Made by a program: the position numbers and the translations under genes. A stretch of 64,000 nt of DNA from Hyaloraphidium curvatum SAG 235-1 (lineage: Eukaryota; Fungi; Monoblepharomycota): NCBI GenBank assembly GCA_025558095.1, contig JAIVFI010000042.1:124001-188000 (forward strand), given 5' to 3'. The first letter of the stretch is position 1. Each line of letters begins with the position of its first letter. Under the pieces are notes generated by a model. It was not told the origin of the DNA. It searched no databases and saw only the letters and a program-made list of their open reading frames with translations. Positions 33,195 to 45,910 of the stretch are shown here, one piece after another.

Positions 33195-34271
33195 TCAGTA
33201 GTCGTCGTCGGAAACATCCTCCTGCAAGGAAAAGAAGAGTCAGCGGCTGCCGCGTGATCGCCAAGTCCGGTCGCCACGTACCCCGTTCTTCTTCTTCAGA
33301 GCCTTTGCCCGGGCCTTCTTCTTGGCATCCTTGGCGGACAGGGATTTTGCCTTGCCCTTGACGACGTTGCCCATGGCGTCGAGCGTGTCCTCCTGGTCCT
33401 TCTCCTCGAGCCGGGGGCCCTTGCCCTGGCCCTGGACCCAGTTGTGGCCCGAGGGGGTGAGCCGGCCGGCGTCGACGGCCCAGACTTCGGTGCAGAGAGC
33501 CTCGGTGAACTCGCTGGAAGGGAAGGAAGGGTCAGCTTCGACCAGGCGCGCCAGCAGTCGAAGGAAACGCACCGGTTGTGGGTGATGATGCAGACACCGC
33601 CGCCAAACTCCTTGATGGCGTGCGCGAGGGCGCCGAGCGACTCGCGGTCGAGGTAGTTGGTGGGCTCGTCGAGGACGAGGATGTGCGGGCGCTGCCACAT
33701 GGCGGCACCGATGACGAGCTTGACCTTCTGGCCGCCCGACATGCCCTTGATGTGCGAGTGCGAGATGATCTCGGGCTCGAGGCCCATGTCGACGAGGTGC
33801 TTCTCGATCTCCTTCTGCACGAGCGGGCGCGCGAGACCCTGCGAGGCGGCCTCCTTCATGTCGACCTCCTGGAGCTTCTTGAGCAGGCCCATCTCCTCGA
33901 GCTGCGAGCGGGGCAGCCACATGTTGTCCGACGACATCTTGCCCACGAACGAGACCTCGTACTCGTACGAGCTCTTAAGCTTGCGGCGGGCGAGAACCTC
34001 GTCGACGACGAGCTTCATGCCGTCAATCACGTGCACCTTGCTCATCTCCTTCTCCTCCTCGGCCGAGATGGTGCGGTTGGCCTTGCCGAGCTCCTCGCGG
34101 TCCTCGCCGGTCGCGTAGCGCCACTGGATGTACTGGTTGGGCGTCTTGTCGAGGTGGTGCTCGATGTGGTGGAAGGCGTGCTGGGCGACGTAGGCGATGC
34201 GGAGGTTGGGGTGGCGCCAGACGGTGCCGGTGCCCTCGTTGGCCTCGAGCTCGCCGACGAGCAGCTTGACG

Positions 34272-34302
<31 letters not shown>

Positions 34303-36851
34303 TGATGGCGACGCGGGAGCCGAGCGAGCACTGGAAGCTGATGTCCTCGAGCTGCTTGCGGTCCGTGCCGGGGTACTGGAAGTCGACCTTCTGCATCTTG
34401 ATGATGGCGCGCTCCTTGGTCTTGACGCCCTCGAGGAACCCGGGCTCGGGGAACTTGAACTTGATCTCGGCGGCGCCGAGCTCGTAGTAGCTCTTGGCCT
34501 CGGGCACGCGCTTGACGAACTCGGAAAGGTTGCCGCGGTAGCGCTTGAGCTTGAAGTTGTGGATGTGGATGATGTCGGTGCACACGTTGTCGAGGAAGCC
34601 CGAGTCGTGCGACACGATGATGGAGGTGACGGTCTTGAGACCGGTCAGGTAGTTCTCGAGCCAGGCCACGTTGACGACGTCTGCGGAAAGAGATCAAGGT
34701 CAGCAGCGGTCGAAAGAAGCGCGGGCAGGCAGCAGCAACGCACCAAGGTGGTTCGTCGGCTCGTCGAGGAGCAGAATGTCGGCGTTGAGGAGCATGGCCC
34801 TGGCGAGGGCGAGCTTCATCTTCCAGCCGCCCGAGAGCGAGGCAATGGCGGTCTTGAGCTTGGCGTCGTCGAAGCCGACGCCCTTGAGGGCCGTCACGAC
34901 GTCGTCCTTGTTCTGCTTGCCGATGGTCTCGTCGAGCATGACGAACTCGAGGACGGGGATGTCGGCGAGCGAGCCGTCAATGTCGTGCTCGACGTAGACG
35001 GTCCTGAGGACCTCCTTGGGCGGGAAGCCCTCGACCTGCTCGTTGGCGATGGCGCGCATGAGCGTCGACTTGCCGGTGCCGTTGGCGCCGCACAGGCCGT
35101 AGCGGCGGCCGCGCTTGAGGTGCAGCTTGGTGCGGTTGAGCAGGATGCGGGCACCGTCTGCGAGGAAGGCAAGATCAGGAGCTGATCGAACGCTGCAGCA
35201 CGCAGGCAAACTCACAGGCGAGCGAGAACTCGCAGTCGCAGAGGTCCTCCTCCCCCTCGTCCTCCTCGTCGCCGTTGTCCTCCTTGGCCTCGAGCGACTT
35301 GTAGCACTTGTCCAGGAAGGCGTCGGCGACCCTCTTGGCCTGGTCCTCGGGCAGCAGCGGGAGCAGGTAGGGCACCACGGCGGCCTCCCATGCGACGGGG
35401 TCGAAGTCCTTGGCGGCCTCGAGGTTGGCGGCCAGGATGGCGACGTACTCGACGCTGGGGCGGAAGAAGTGGTTGCCCTGGGGCAGCTCGGAGCCGGTGA
35501 CGTCCTTGACGATGTGCGAGAGCGCGTGCAGGTGCTTCTCGTCGGCGCGGACCTCGGTCTTGAGGCTCTCGGCGAGCTTCTCGGCCTCGGTGAGGATGGC
35601 GCGGTTCTCGGGCGTGTCGAACTTCTCGAGCATCACCTGCGGGAAGGCGGCGTCAGAAAGGGGCTGCGGCAAGGCGGATGCGCCGGCGGATGCTCACCCT
35701 GGCGCGCTCGGCGACCGACCGGGCCTCGGGGTCCGACATCTCGTCCTCGACCTTCCTGAGGGCCGGGAGCAGCTTGGGCAGGAACGGCGCGATGTAGGCG
35801 GGGTTCTCGACCAGCTTGCACATGTTGTCGATGATGACGGCGCACTTGCGGCGGATGGGGGTGGAGCGCTCCTGCATGCCGCGGCTGAGGAGGGGCACCA
35901 TGATGGCGAGGGTCGGCGACTCGACTTCCTGCACAAAGGTGGTGGCACCGAGCTGGTGCACGGTCTCGGGGACCTTCTCGGGCTCGGCGATGCAGGCGAT
36001 GAGCGCGGGGATGAACTTCTCGATGTCCTTGTTGGAGATCAGAGCGCACACGTCGTTCATGGCCTTGAAAGCGGCCTTCTTGACCTCGGCCTTGGTGTCC
36101 CTGGAGGGCGGAGGCATCGGCGGGTCAGATCCGTGCATCAGGATGCAGATCGCGGCCGAGATCCGGGCCGGCGGGCCGCCGGCCAGGGGATCAAACAAAG
36201 GCCACGTGACACCCACCACATGCAGTCGGAGACGAGCGGGATGATGTCGGGCACGGCGGCGGTCATCTGCTTGGGCGCGACCGACGCGAGCTGGCCGAGG
36301 ATGCGCAGGGCGCCCTCCTTGACCTGCCACTTCTGGCTGTAGTCCATGCTCTGGTAGAGGATGGGCAGCACCATCTTGGTGGCGCTGGAGTTGACGCCGG
36401 CGGCGATGGCCTCGGCGGCCTTGGCGGCGGCGGCGGTGACGGGCTTGGCCTTGTCGGCCAGCAGGTCGAGCACGGTGCGCAGGAGCGGGATGAGGAAGGG
36501 CTCGGCGGCCCTCAGCTCGGGGGAGGCGGCGACGGCGGCGACGAGGCCGAGTGCGCCCTCGCGGGCGACGGCGTTCTTCTTGTCTGCGAGCGCTGCGCGG
36601 AGCGAGGCGAAGACGTCGAAGGCGTCGAGTGCGTGCGGGCCGGCGGCGGCGACGAGGCCGACCAGCTCGGCGGCGGCGGCGGCGCGGTCGGCGGCGGCCG
36701 CGGCGGCGGTCGCCCTGTCGAACAGCTGCTTGGCCGAGGCGCCCTTGTCGGCGGCGATAGCGTCCTTCGGGGTGAGCGAGGCAAGGCCCAGTTGGGCCGC
36801 GGTCTCCTCGACCGCGAGGTCGGTCTGTGGCGCGGGCTCGCGGGGGGCCAT
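33195..36851 (-). CDS. YEF3: Translation elongation factor 3 (eEF3), multi-exon
   Basis: HEAT region ('KWQVK...GAL', '[22 protein letters not shown]'), '[12 protein letters not shown]', ABC1 [11 protein letters not shown]2 GPNGAGKS with chromodomain insert (YEYEVSF), Lys-rich then acidic tail EDVSDDDY*. Confidence 0.97.
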
Positions 36852-37392
36852 GGCGGCGGGAGTTGCAGGCGAGGCAGTGAACGGCGGAATCGCGGCGGCT
36901 GCTCGGCTCTGCTACGGCGCAAAGGGGGGGCCGGGGGGGGGGGAAGGAAAAAGTTTGGTCAGGAGAAAACGACGCCCGGCCGCTTCAAATAGGACCCGGC
37001 AATTGGGGCTGGTGGAATTCTGCAGGAGAAAATATCGGTCCCTTCGCGCCGGGAGCATTTGCCGCCAGCTCCGCCTCCTCTCGACTTTTCCCTTGTCCGC
37101 TTCCGCTTCCAACGGAAAGAGCGGAAAAGATGCCTCCCAACTATCCACGACTGGATCTCTCGCAACCTCGCACCAAGAGACGCCGGACGCTGGGATCCGC
37201 ACGTGATCCCCACCCGGCGAGCCTATCTGGCCAGGCACTTCTTCGGTCGACTTTCTCGCATTCCCAACCCGGATGTACAAATCTCATGCAATGCCAGGCA
37301 TCCACGTGCGCAGCCCTGGCCCAGAAACCCGTCCCGCGCCCGCCCGCCGCGGGAAACCGTCCCCGCCGGGCTCGGCCCGGCGCAGAGGGACC

Positions 37393-39716
37393 TCACTTGG
37401 CCTCTGCCTTGACCGCCTCGGCCTGCCGCGCCTCCGCGACGTCCGCCTCCTTCCTCATGGCCTCGAAAGCTTCCTCAAACAGGCGCGCGATGACGAAGCC
37501 GTCGCCCTTGGCGTAGAGGTCCTTGCCGGGCACGCCGCCGGCGTCCAGGTCCATCTGGATGCCGAGACTGATGCCCTCGTTGTAGCTGGCGATGGCGAGG
37601 CCGAGGCCTGGAAGGAGAGGAGGGAGGAGATCAGCGCCGCGGACCGGAGCAAGCTCGTGCGGAAGGGCGTACCGTTGGGGGTCGCGCACGGGATGACGGC
37701 AACGTACTGCGTGTACGGCACGCCGGCCCAGAACAGCTGCGCAGAGGGACCGCTGCAGGGGAAAGGAGGTCAGGGCATGCGATCTCAAGAGCGAACACAT
37801 GGAATCCCACGGGACGTTGGTGATGGCCGATAGGATCTTGCCAAACTTGGGCCAGACGAACCTCCCCAGCGCCGTCCCGGGCGACGGGAGCGGCACCAGC
37901 CACGGGAAGTAGCCCGAGATGTTGAGGCCCCAGAAGTAGAGGTACGGCTCCAGGCTCTTCTTGAACCTGTTCATCCGGCGGCGCACCACCTTGAGCAGCG
38001 ACTTTTCGCTGCCCTCGACGGGAAGCGGGAGCAGCCAACCCGAGGACTGGTTGTTCATGGCGTTGTCCCCGCGCGCGCGCAGGGAAGTCGGGACGAGGTA
38101 GGCGAGCGACGAGTCCTTGAGCGCGTCGCGCTCGCGGGCGTACTTGACGACGGCCGAGTGCGTGCAGGTGACCTGTCCCGCACGGATCAGCATCGCACCA
38201 ATCCGGCATCTCCAGCAAAACCCACCATGAGGTCGTTGATCGACACCCCGAGCGCGTTCTTGACCCTCTTGACCTCGCGCATGGGCAGCCGCTTGGAGAA
38301 GCCGAGCTGCTTCTCGGCGAAGAAGCCCCTCTTGCTCCACAGGCTCCGGCGGAACCCGGAGAAGGCCAGCCGCAGCATGTTGAGCAGGAACACCCCGAGC
38401 CCGAACAGCACGAAAGCGACGGTCTGGATGACGGCCTGCACGCGCCTGTCCTCGAGGATCGACATGGGGAACGAGGCCGGCGCGGCCTTCTTCCCGGCCT
38501 TTCCCTTCGCCTCGGGTGAGGGAGACGGGGTCGGCGCGGGCGAGGGCACGGCGGCGGGGGAGGCGTCGCCGGGGACGGGGGTCGCGCGGCCGCTGGCGTT
38601 GCGCTTGCCCGTGACCTGGTACTGGAAGCGGCTCATGTCGACGGGGCCTTCGCGGGGTTTGCCGGTGGCGGGGTCTACGGAGAAAAGTGGATCGGATCAG
38701 AAGCAGGAAGGTGAAGCGACGAAGCTCGACCGTACCAATCGAGGCTAGGTAGCTGATGAAGGGCCTGACCGAACCCTCGCCGTCCGCTGCCATGCCGGCG
38801 TAAGCATCGAAAGCAAGCAGAGCAAAGCCAGCACTCACCGAGGGCGTGGTGAAGCTTCCAGAACATGGCCGAGCCCGTCTTCCCGCCGGGCAGGATCATG
38901 CCCGAGATGTGGTACATCTTCCACGGCGGCCTGGCGTCCCAGTCGTTGCCCTCGGCCATCAACTTTCCGCACAGCAGCCCGAGCGCGAGCTCGGCGGCCT
39001 CGGGGGTTTGCTCGCCCTCGACGACCAGCGGGACCTCGGCAAAGTGGTTGCGGAGGTCAAAGTCGGCGCAAGGCTCGAAGTAGGGGCGGCCGAAAGTGGT
39101 CTTGTTGCGCACGATCTTGCTGGTCATGCGCTTGGCGTTGCCGACCTTGCTCAGGGAGGCCAGGTAGCCCTCGAGCTGGTCGAACGCCTTCTGGCCGTCC
39201 AGAGGGGTTTCGAAGATGTAAAGGCCGCTGGCAAGGCACGACGCGCGTCACGATCGGCTCCTCAGTCATCGTTGAAAGCATCGAAAACACTCACGCAATG
39301 TCCATGTTGTGGAAGTCGTCCTCGCACTGGAGGAAGCCATTGTCGGGCCCGGTCAGGTAGTCCTTTCCCTGAAAAGAGCGACGCGGTCAGCAAATCCGGC
39401 GGCACCGAACATCATGGCCGATTGCGGTGCCGAAAGGCCGACCGGAGCGCCAGCGATGCGTTCCGGTTCCGGTCGGGCTTCCGCGACCGCTGATTCGGCT
39501 TCCACCCACATCGCCGGCCCACCACTCCTGGACATCGCCCTTGATCCCCTCGACGACGTTCTCATTCACGGCGCGGACCACGTTCGCGACGCGCACGGTC
39601 CACGGCGTGCGCTTCCTCGCCGAGGAAAGCGGCAGAGCGCCGTTTCCATTCGCGTGCGCGTGTGGGCCGTGGCCGTTGGCCGGGGGCGCGAGGTGCCCGT
39701 CGACGACGGCGGCCAT
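37393..39716 (-). CDS. Wax ester synthase/diacylglycerol acyltransferase (WS/DGAT), multi-exon
   Basis: Spliced catalytic motif HHAL|ADG (HHxxxDG), 'RPPWKMYHI', 'GVSINDL', 'ITNVP', 'SYNEGISLG'. Confidence 0.88.
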
Positions 39717-40223
39717 TTTTCAATGCTGAATGGCGGGGTACGAGGGGGCAACGGGGGCGTGAGAAGGGGAGAGTGAAAGGAGAGAAGTTAAGCGCACGGG
39801 CACGAGGAGGAAGGATGCTCAGCCACCTTGGCCGCCGGGAACGCCCGAAGAGAAGTCGGCAACTGGAGCCGACACCCGACTGGCGATCCAAAAGTTCCGA
39901 GTGCAATGGACATCCATGACCTAATTCGTAGAGACCGATTCCTCTTTCTGGACTGCTGTGCGGACATTCTGGTTGGGAATAGGCAGCTCCTTACTCTCCT
40001 TACCTCGAACCATGTGCGATACATTGCTTTCCATCCGATCTTCGACGCTTACGACATTCCAAGAGGCGATTCCACTTGTCCGAGCAACCAAGCCCTGAAG
40101 CCAGAGTCGCCAGTCGCGCCACGGCCGATGACCATGTCGTCCCTTTGCCCCCGTTGTTCCGTCTCCCGCAACTCTCTTTGTCCCCGCGAGCGCGCGTGAC
40201 GTGAGCTCTGGCACACCACGGAC

Positions 40224-41844
40224 ATGGATCCCAAGGACCTCGGCGCTCCGACCGCGACGTCGGACGCCGCGATTGCCCCATCTCCGGGGCTCGTCGCGTC
40301 TCCGCTGCTGTTCACGCCGCAGGAGTTCGCTGCCATGTTCCCGCGGCCGCCGACGTGGCCCGCCGCGATGTCGGACTCTGAAGTCTCGTTTTCGGACCCA
40401 GCTCGCGACGCGAGGGGCCCGCAGTTGAAGCCTGCGGACCTTCTTGTCGAGCTCAAACCGTTCCCAACTCTTCGGCGATTCACGGGTGTCCAGTTCTGGT
40501 TCCTGCCCTTGACGGCTCCTCAAACCTTGCGCTACATCTTCACCACGCTCGCGGTTTCCGCGTCTTTCGCCCTGGTTTGGCCGTTCGGAGCTGGTCGTTT
40601 CGAGACCCGGATGATTGTCACGGGATTCGTGCTTCAGCTGTGCTTCAACACGGTCCGCACCGTCATGTGGGGTACGTACAATAGGCGGAAAGGATGGCGC
40701 TGGACAGTGGAACAGTTTGGCGAAAATGTCGCGGAGAACAGCTACCGGGGCCTCGTGAACTGGATCCGGCTCTTTGACTGGTCGACTTCACCCAAAAACG
40801 GCAGCCCAAGCATCTTTCCGGCTTGACGGCTCACCGGGACGGCGACGCGCTTTGCCCTTGTGCGAGGCCGTCATGCACTGGCAACACCCCGCAGAAGGTG
40901 CTCAAAGGGAGAGTCACTGAGGTACTTTATCGGTGCTCCCACAGTCTAGTATCGCAGCTGGCGATTTTGTGGACGTCTCTCGTCACCCTCGGGCCCGAGA
41001 CTTGGACAGTAGGATGGTCTGCCGCGATCTTGTGTCTCGGAAGTGGGTCGCCATCGCGCCCTGCCCGTCTGTCACTCACCGCATTCCGCCGAAGTCGTTT
41101 CTGTGGTCCTAGTTACGAGCGAGATTATGGCTACCGCCCCGCAACATCCTGCGGTTTTCAATTTGACCGCGCGGTTGCGGCATCGCGGCCTCTTTTTGGC
41201 GCTCGGGCAGCTAATCGACCACTGCAGTGCTTTGCTTCGTGCGAGCGACTGCAACGACCAACAGGCGGCTTCTTTGCCGTACGTGGAGCTACTTGCCACG
41301 CTCAGCGCAACTTGGAAGGCGAGCTTCTTTCCACGCTACATACCTCGCATATTTGCTTTCTTCTTTGCCACCGTACTTACTGCGCAATCCTCAGCGCGGT
41401 GGGGCATGTTCCTGGCTCCTTTTGCTGCTTCAGCCGATGACTCTTTTTCCATTTAAGACCATCGCAAGGTGCATACCAGCGTGGATGCTCCTCTACATGC
41501 TCTACTTTCTCGTCTCGCTGAGCCAGGAGCTTTGGAACGCCGCGATCTTCAACGCCGAGGTCGAGGACATCTCGGACCTGCTGGAACACGCCCGCCGCCA
41601 GCTCCGTCAGCTCGTCTCTTTCCGCCCGTATTCCCGCGCGGCGCTCGCGGTCCGCGCCCACGAGGCCGTGCTGGACTCGTACCTGCGCGTGGGGAACAAC
41701 AGGGCGAGGGTGCTGGGCTTCGTCGTGAGCTTCGGAGCGATACGTTCGCTCTACATCACCCTGGCGACGGTCGCGTTTGCTCTGTGGGGCGTGATCCGCG
41801 GATTGGGCGTCGGCTTCACGATGGACGGTGTCTGCCCGGGATGA
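40224..41844 (+). pseudogene. 7-TM membrane protein family paralog 1, two apparent frameshifts
   Basis: Homologous to 54387-55943 and 59432-60910. Introns at about 41042-41093 and 41399-41457. Restoring the family alignment needs a 1-nt shift near 40777 and another near 41378. Confidence 0.65.
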
Positions 41845-41980
41845 AACTGGGAGCGCAGCTGGCGGAAGCTCCAATACGACCTCCTTCCTTATCCAGCACC
41901 TTACAGTCTTTGAGAAATTCACAGCTTCGGCCGATCCCATCGGCTGTCGCCTCACGGGCGTCCCCAGCGTGTCCGATCCA

Positions 41981-42331
41981 TTACGCCCGAAATCCGAAGT
42001 ATTCAATCGCGGCAATGAGCAGGATGGGGCCAATGACCATCCCCTTGCCCTTGGCCCAGTCGAAGTCCTTCCTCAGGCCGGCGACCATCAGGACCTCGCC
42101 CAGGTACGACAGCTGCGCGACCCGGCGGGCCTCGGGGCTTTCAAAAGCGTAGGCGGCAAAGGCACGGAGCAGCCCGTGGACCGGGAGCCCGGCGTTGATG
42201 GCGGCGACGCCCTCGGCGGACAGGGAGGGGAAGTTGTCGGCCATGCCCTTGCCGGCGGCGGTGTAGGCCAGGGCAAAGTCCAGGGCCGCGTTGAAGGCGA
42301 GGAAGCCGCGGATAACCTTGACGGCCGTCAT
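41981..42331 (-). CDS. Small multi-pass membrane protein, weakly Erg28-like
   Basis: 116-aa ORF from ATG 42331 with GC3-biased codons. 'LLRAFAAYAFESPEARRVAQLSYLGE' is reminiscent of Erg28. Confidence 0.55.
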   Translation of the reverse strand: MTAVKVIRGFLAFNAALDFALAYTAAGKGMADNFPSLSAEGVAAINAGLPVHGLLRAFAAYAFESPEARRVAQLSYLGEVLMVAGLRKDFDWAKGKGMVIGPILLIAAIEYFGFRA

Positions 42332-42629
42332 TGCTTCCAAGTTTCGGCGGCGGGAGGCAATAAAGAAGTAGCTTCGGCGGGGAGTTTGCTTCCGCGACGG
42401 GCCAAAGAGCGGCGGGGAGACGGTGGAGTGTCTGTCCCGGTGATCGGCCTCGTCGGCTTCCGGCCCGGCCGGTTGATCCGAAGTGACCGACTCCCGAAAG
42501 ACAAAGAGACCGAAAGACAAAGAGACTCAAGGTAGCGATCGTATCCTTCTGAAGCATCTTTGTCACTCTACTGTCTAGTCATAGCCGTTGCAAGATACCG
42601 TGATGGAGCCTCTTTCCCCGTTCGACCCT

Positions 42630-44107
42630 TCAGAGCTTGCTTCCCTTCCCCTCGAACACCTCCGACAGCCCCCTCAGCCTGTCCCTGAACGCATCCCAGC
42701 TCACGTACGTCCCCTTGAGATGCCTCGCCACCCCACCCTCCCCCCTCCCCGCGATCTCCACCTTCTTCCCGTCCGACGAGAACGCCTTGCGGGCGTGGAG
42801 CACCCGCCTGTTGGCGAAGCACACCATCTCCCCCGGCTTCAGGCGGTACTCGAACGCCGCCCCCGGTTCCTCCAGCAGCCGCGCGAAGCGGCGGAAGGCC
42901 GAGTAGAACTTGGGCACGTCCTGCGGGTCCGCGCCGCGGAACTCCATTGGGCCCTGGAACGGGGGCGAGTAGGTGACCTCGAAGGCCTCGTTGCCCAGGA
43001 GGTCCTCGGTGCGGGTGATGGTGGGATGGGACATGCGGAGGCGGTGAGTCGAGGTGGGGGCGGCGTAGTGGAAGGTGACGGGGATGCGGGAGAGGATCGA
43101 GGCGTCGGATTCGCCGAGCGTGCTCGACTCCTTCAGGCGGAGCGCGGCGCGGTAGGCGTCCGAGAAGTAGTTCTCGCCGCCGTGGTCCGATTGGATCAGG
43201 CAGTGGAGGAACTGGAGCCCGGGCGGCTTCTCCAGGTAGCTGGCGAAGAGCGAGATCAGTCGGTTGGACGACCACAACGCGGAGCTACCCACCACAAATC
43301 CGTGTGGAGGCCGAGCTCCACGTTGGTGTAGGCGATGTTGTTGCTGTTCTCCAGGCTCTTCACGTCCCACGTCCGCCCGTAGAAGGTCTCCATGATGGGC
43401 CCGATCCGCTCCGCCACGCGCTCGATGGCCAGCACCGGCTGCCCAAACTCGCCCTTGACGGGCTCGAAGGGCATGTTGCGCAGGATGACGATGCCGTACT
43501 CGCTCATCTGCTTCAGGAAGCGGTACAGGCCGCGGTCCCGGGCGGGGTCGATCTCGTGGAAGCTGGGCTCCGCGCCCAGAGACGCCGGAACGACGTCGGC
43601 AAAGTCCATGAACAGATCCGGCGACTTTTCCAGGGCCTTGACGTCCCAAATTTTGGGCGTGAAGGACGGCGCCGACCCCGGCGCGGGCAGCTTTCCCGGG
43701 GCCCCCGGCCCGGCCACCGTGGTGAGGTAGGCACCCTCGGCCAACTTCGCGAGCGGGTACACCGAGACGTGCCTGTAGCCGGGCACGGGCTTCGACGGCG
43801 GGCCGCCCGCGGCGTACTCTGCGTCCGTCAGGTGCAGCGGCTCCAGCGGCCGGTCCCACTCCAGCGTCAGGGCGCCGCCGGCCAGCGACGCCGCGACGGG
43901 CGCGATGCCGTCGGGCACCTGGAACGAGTTGTGCAGCTTCTGGTTGTTTGTCGGGTGGAGGCACTCGGCGCACGGGCAGTTGTCGCGCAGCCACGCGAAG
44001 TGGAACTCGGACAGCGTGGATGCGCCGGGCGCCGCGCCGGCCGGCGGCGGGACGAGCCCGCGCAGCACGAGCGAGTGCGGGCCGCGGGACTCGAGGGTCA
44101 CGGCCAT
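42630..44107 (-). CDS. Gamma-butyrobetaine/trimethyllysine hydroxylase-like Fe(II)/2OG dioxygenase (GBBH N-domain + TauD), peroxisomal PTS1
   Basis: 'WLRDNCPCAECLH' Zn site, 'NIAYT...LGLHTDL', 'PPGLQFLHC', 'NRRVLHAR', 'RHLKGTY'. One intron about 43295-43242. Ends GSKL*. Confidence 0.9.
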
Positions 44108-44439
44108 CGCGGGTTGGGCAAGGGGCGGAATCGTGGCGCAGGAAGTCCGACGGGCCGACCTTCGGCCGAGTCACGCCCAGCAGAACCATACGAACGCTAA
44201 TCAGATCCAGCCGTTCTAGGAATCTTGGAGTTTGCGACGGTGCACCGTCAAGCTCTGGCGCCCCCATTTGTGGCCCCGCATCCCCGAACATCGCAGCCTG
44301 ACCAGCCTACGTAACAGCCACTCCTGAGGCGGTCGCCAACCATCTCGAACCTCGCCATCAGCCTCTCCGCCACGGAACCACTCATCTACACTTGCTCACA
44401 CGTATTTGCAACACACGCCGGCACGATGATCCCGTCACT

Positions 44440-45714
44440 TTAGGTCGCCGCGCTGTGCGCCTCCTCCCACGAGCTCCACTGCGGGCTCACTTCGATCGGG
44501 TAGCACGACGGCCTGTGCTCCTTCCAGTCGGCCCGCTGGCAATCGGCGGAGCAGTAACGGGCCATCTTGCACCTCGAGCAGGCCATCACTGGCGCCTGGG
44601 TGAGCGATCTGGAAGGTGGAGCCCGCCGGTGCGAATCGCCTCCGCGCGCTCCTCCGCTTCCCTCTCGCTCGGCAGTCCGGCTTCACCGAACGCAGGACCG
44701 TCGCAGCCCGAGATCATCTTCAGGATGGCAAGGTGCATCAAAGCTTGGTGGATCTGGCGGAAAGCGTGGCCCTTTTGCCCGTGATCGGCACCTTCGCGGC
44801 TCTTGGCGGTAACCAGGACCACCAACCCGACCTGAAGGAGCCTAAGCGCCCGTTGCTTCACAGCCTGGTGCGTCGCAGCATGCTTCTTGTAGGGCTCGGG
44901 CTCCCGTGCAATCACCGAGAGCAACCGGCCCAGGACGGAGATGAGCTCCTCTGCTTTGCGAAGCGTGTCGTCATTCCACGGTCCGATCGGCGCCCCGGAA
45001 GGCTTCCTGAAGATGCTCGCCGAAGGGAACGGCGCCAACAATGAGATCGATGAGGTCCGGCTGGCTGGCAAGGCGGGATCGGATGGGGTCCTGGGTTGCG
45101 CAGCCGTGCAAAATCGTCACGAAGCTCATGACGCGCTCGCGCACGCGCTGGTAGATTTCAACGGCGTCGGGGTGCCCACCGGGGCCTGCGACCATGACAG
45201 GCACGGGCAGATTGACGGCCGCGCCGGCAAGGTGCTGGAACTCGACGCGGAGACCGAGCTGCAGGGCGTTCGAGAAAGCGAGGGGATCGGCGACGTGCGC
45301 GAGGCAGAGCTTCAGCGGCCTGGCGAGCCGCGACACGAGCCTCGTCACGATAGAACAGATCTCGTCGTCCGTGCGGGAGGACATGGCCGGGAGCTCAGCT
45401 CCGAAGGAGTCCTCCCCGTTGCCGGGCGAGAAGCCGTCGAGCATGATTGGGATCGCGTGGCCCGCCGTGAGGATCCGGAGCTCGGCGTCGTCAAGCGAGT
45501 CCGTTGCCGCATCGGACAATGCGGCGCCCTCCGCGGGCACTCTCCAGGAACAGATGAGATTGTGGACGTTCTGCACTTGGCGGGCCAAGTCCGAGGAAAG
45601 ATGGATCATGTCCGACACCGTCCACGGGTCCTTGGCAAGCAGAGAAACCACGTCTGGGTGCGTCAGAGACAGACCGAGCACTGCAGCAAAAGGTGGGGTT
45701 CTAGCTTCGGTCAT
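44440..45714 (-). pseudogene. MYND zinc-finger protein, apparently frameshifted
   Basis: C-terminal 'CSRCKMARYCSADCQRADWKEHRPSC' at about 44500-44585. Upstream coding switches frame twice (ORFs 44971-45714 and 44586-45071) without evident introns. The first CxxC is degenerate (CDGPAF). Confidence 0.55.
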
Positions 45715-45910
45715 TTTGGTTGGAAAGGCCCCAAAATCGGAGGTGCAGCACCGATGACGTGGTGGACACCGCGCCTCGCAAGCTCCACTACCTCTCCACC
45801 TAAACGGATCACGGTCACGCCGATGCCATCACTCGGAGCCACCATTCACGGTTCGAGAAGCACGCGACTCTGAGGATTGCGGTGGCCCTCGTCACTCCGC
45901 CTTCCGGGCT

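Noticed and set aside
16942-36851. Apparent frameshifts and fragmentation in HSP104, P-type ATPase, ALDH and eEF3
   Set aside because: All breaks examined are explained by canonical short introns.
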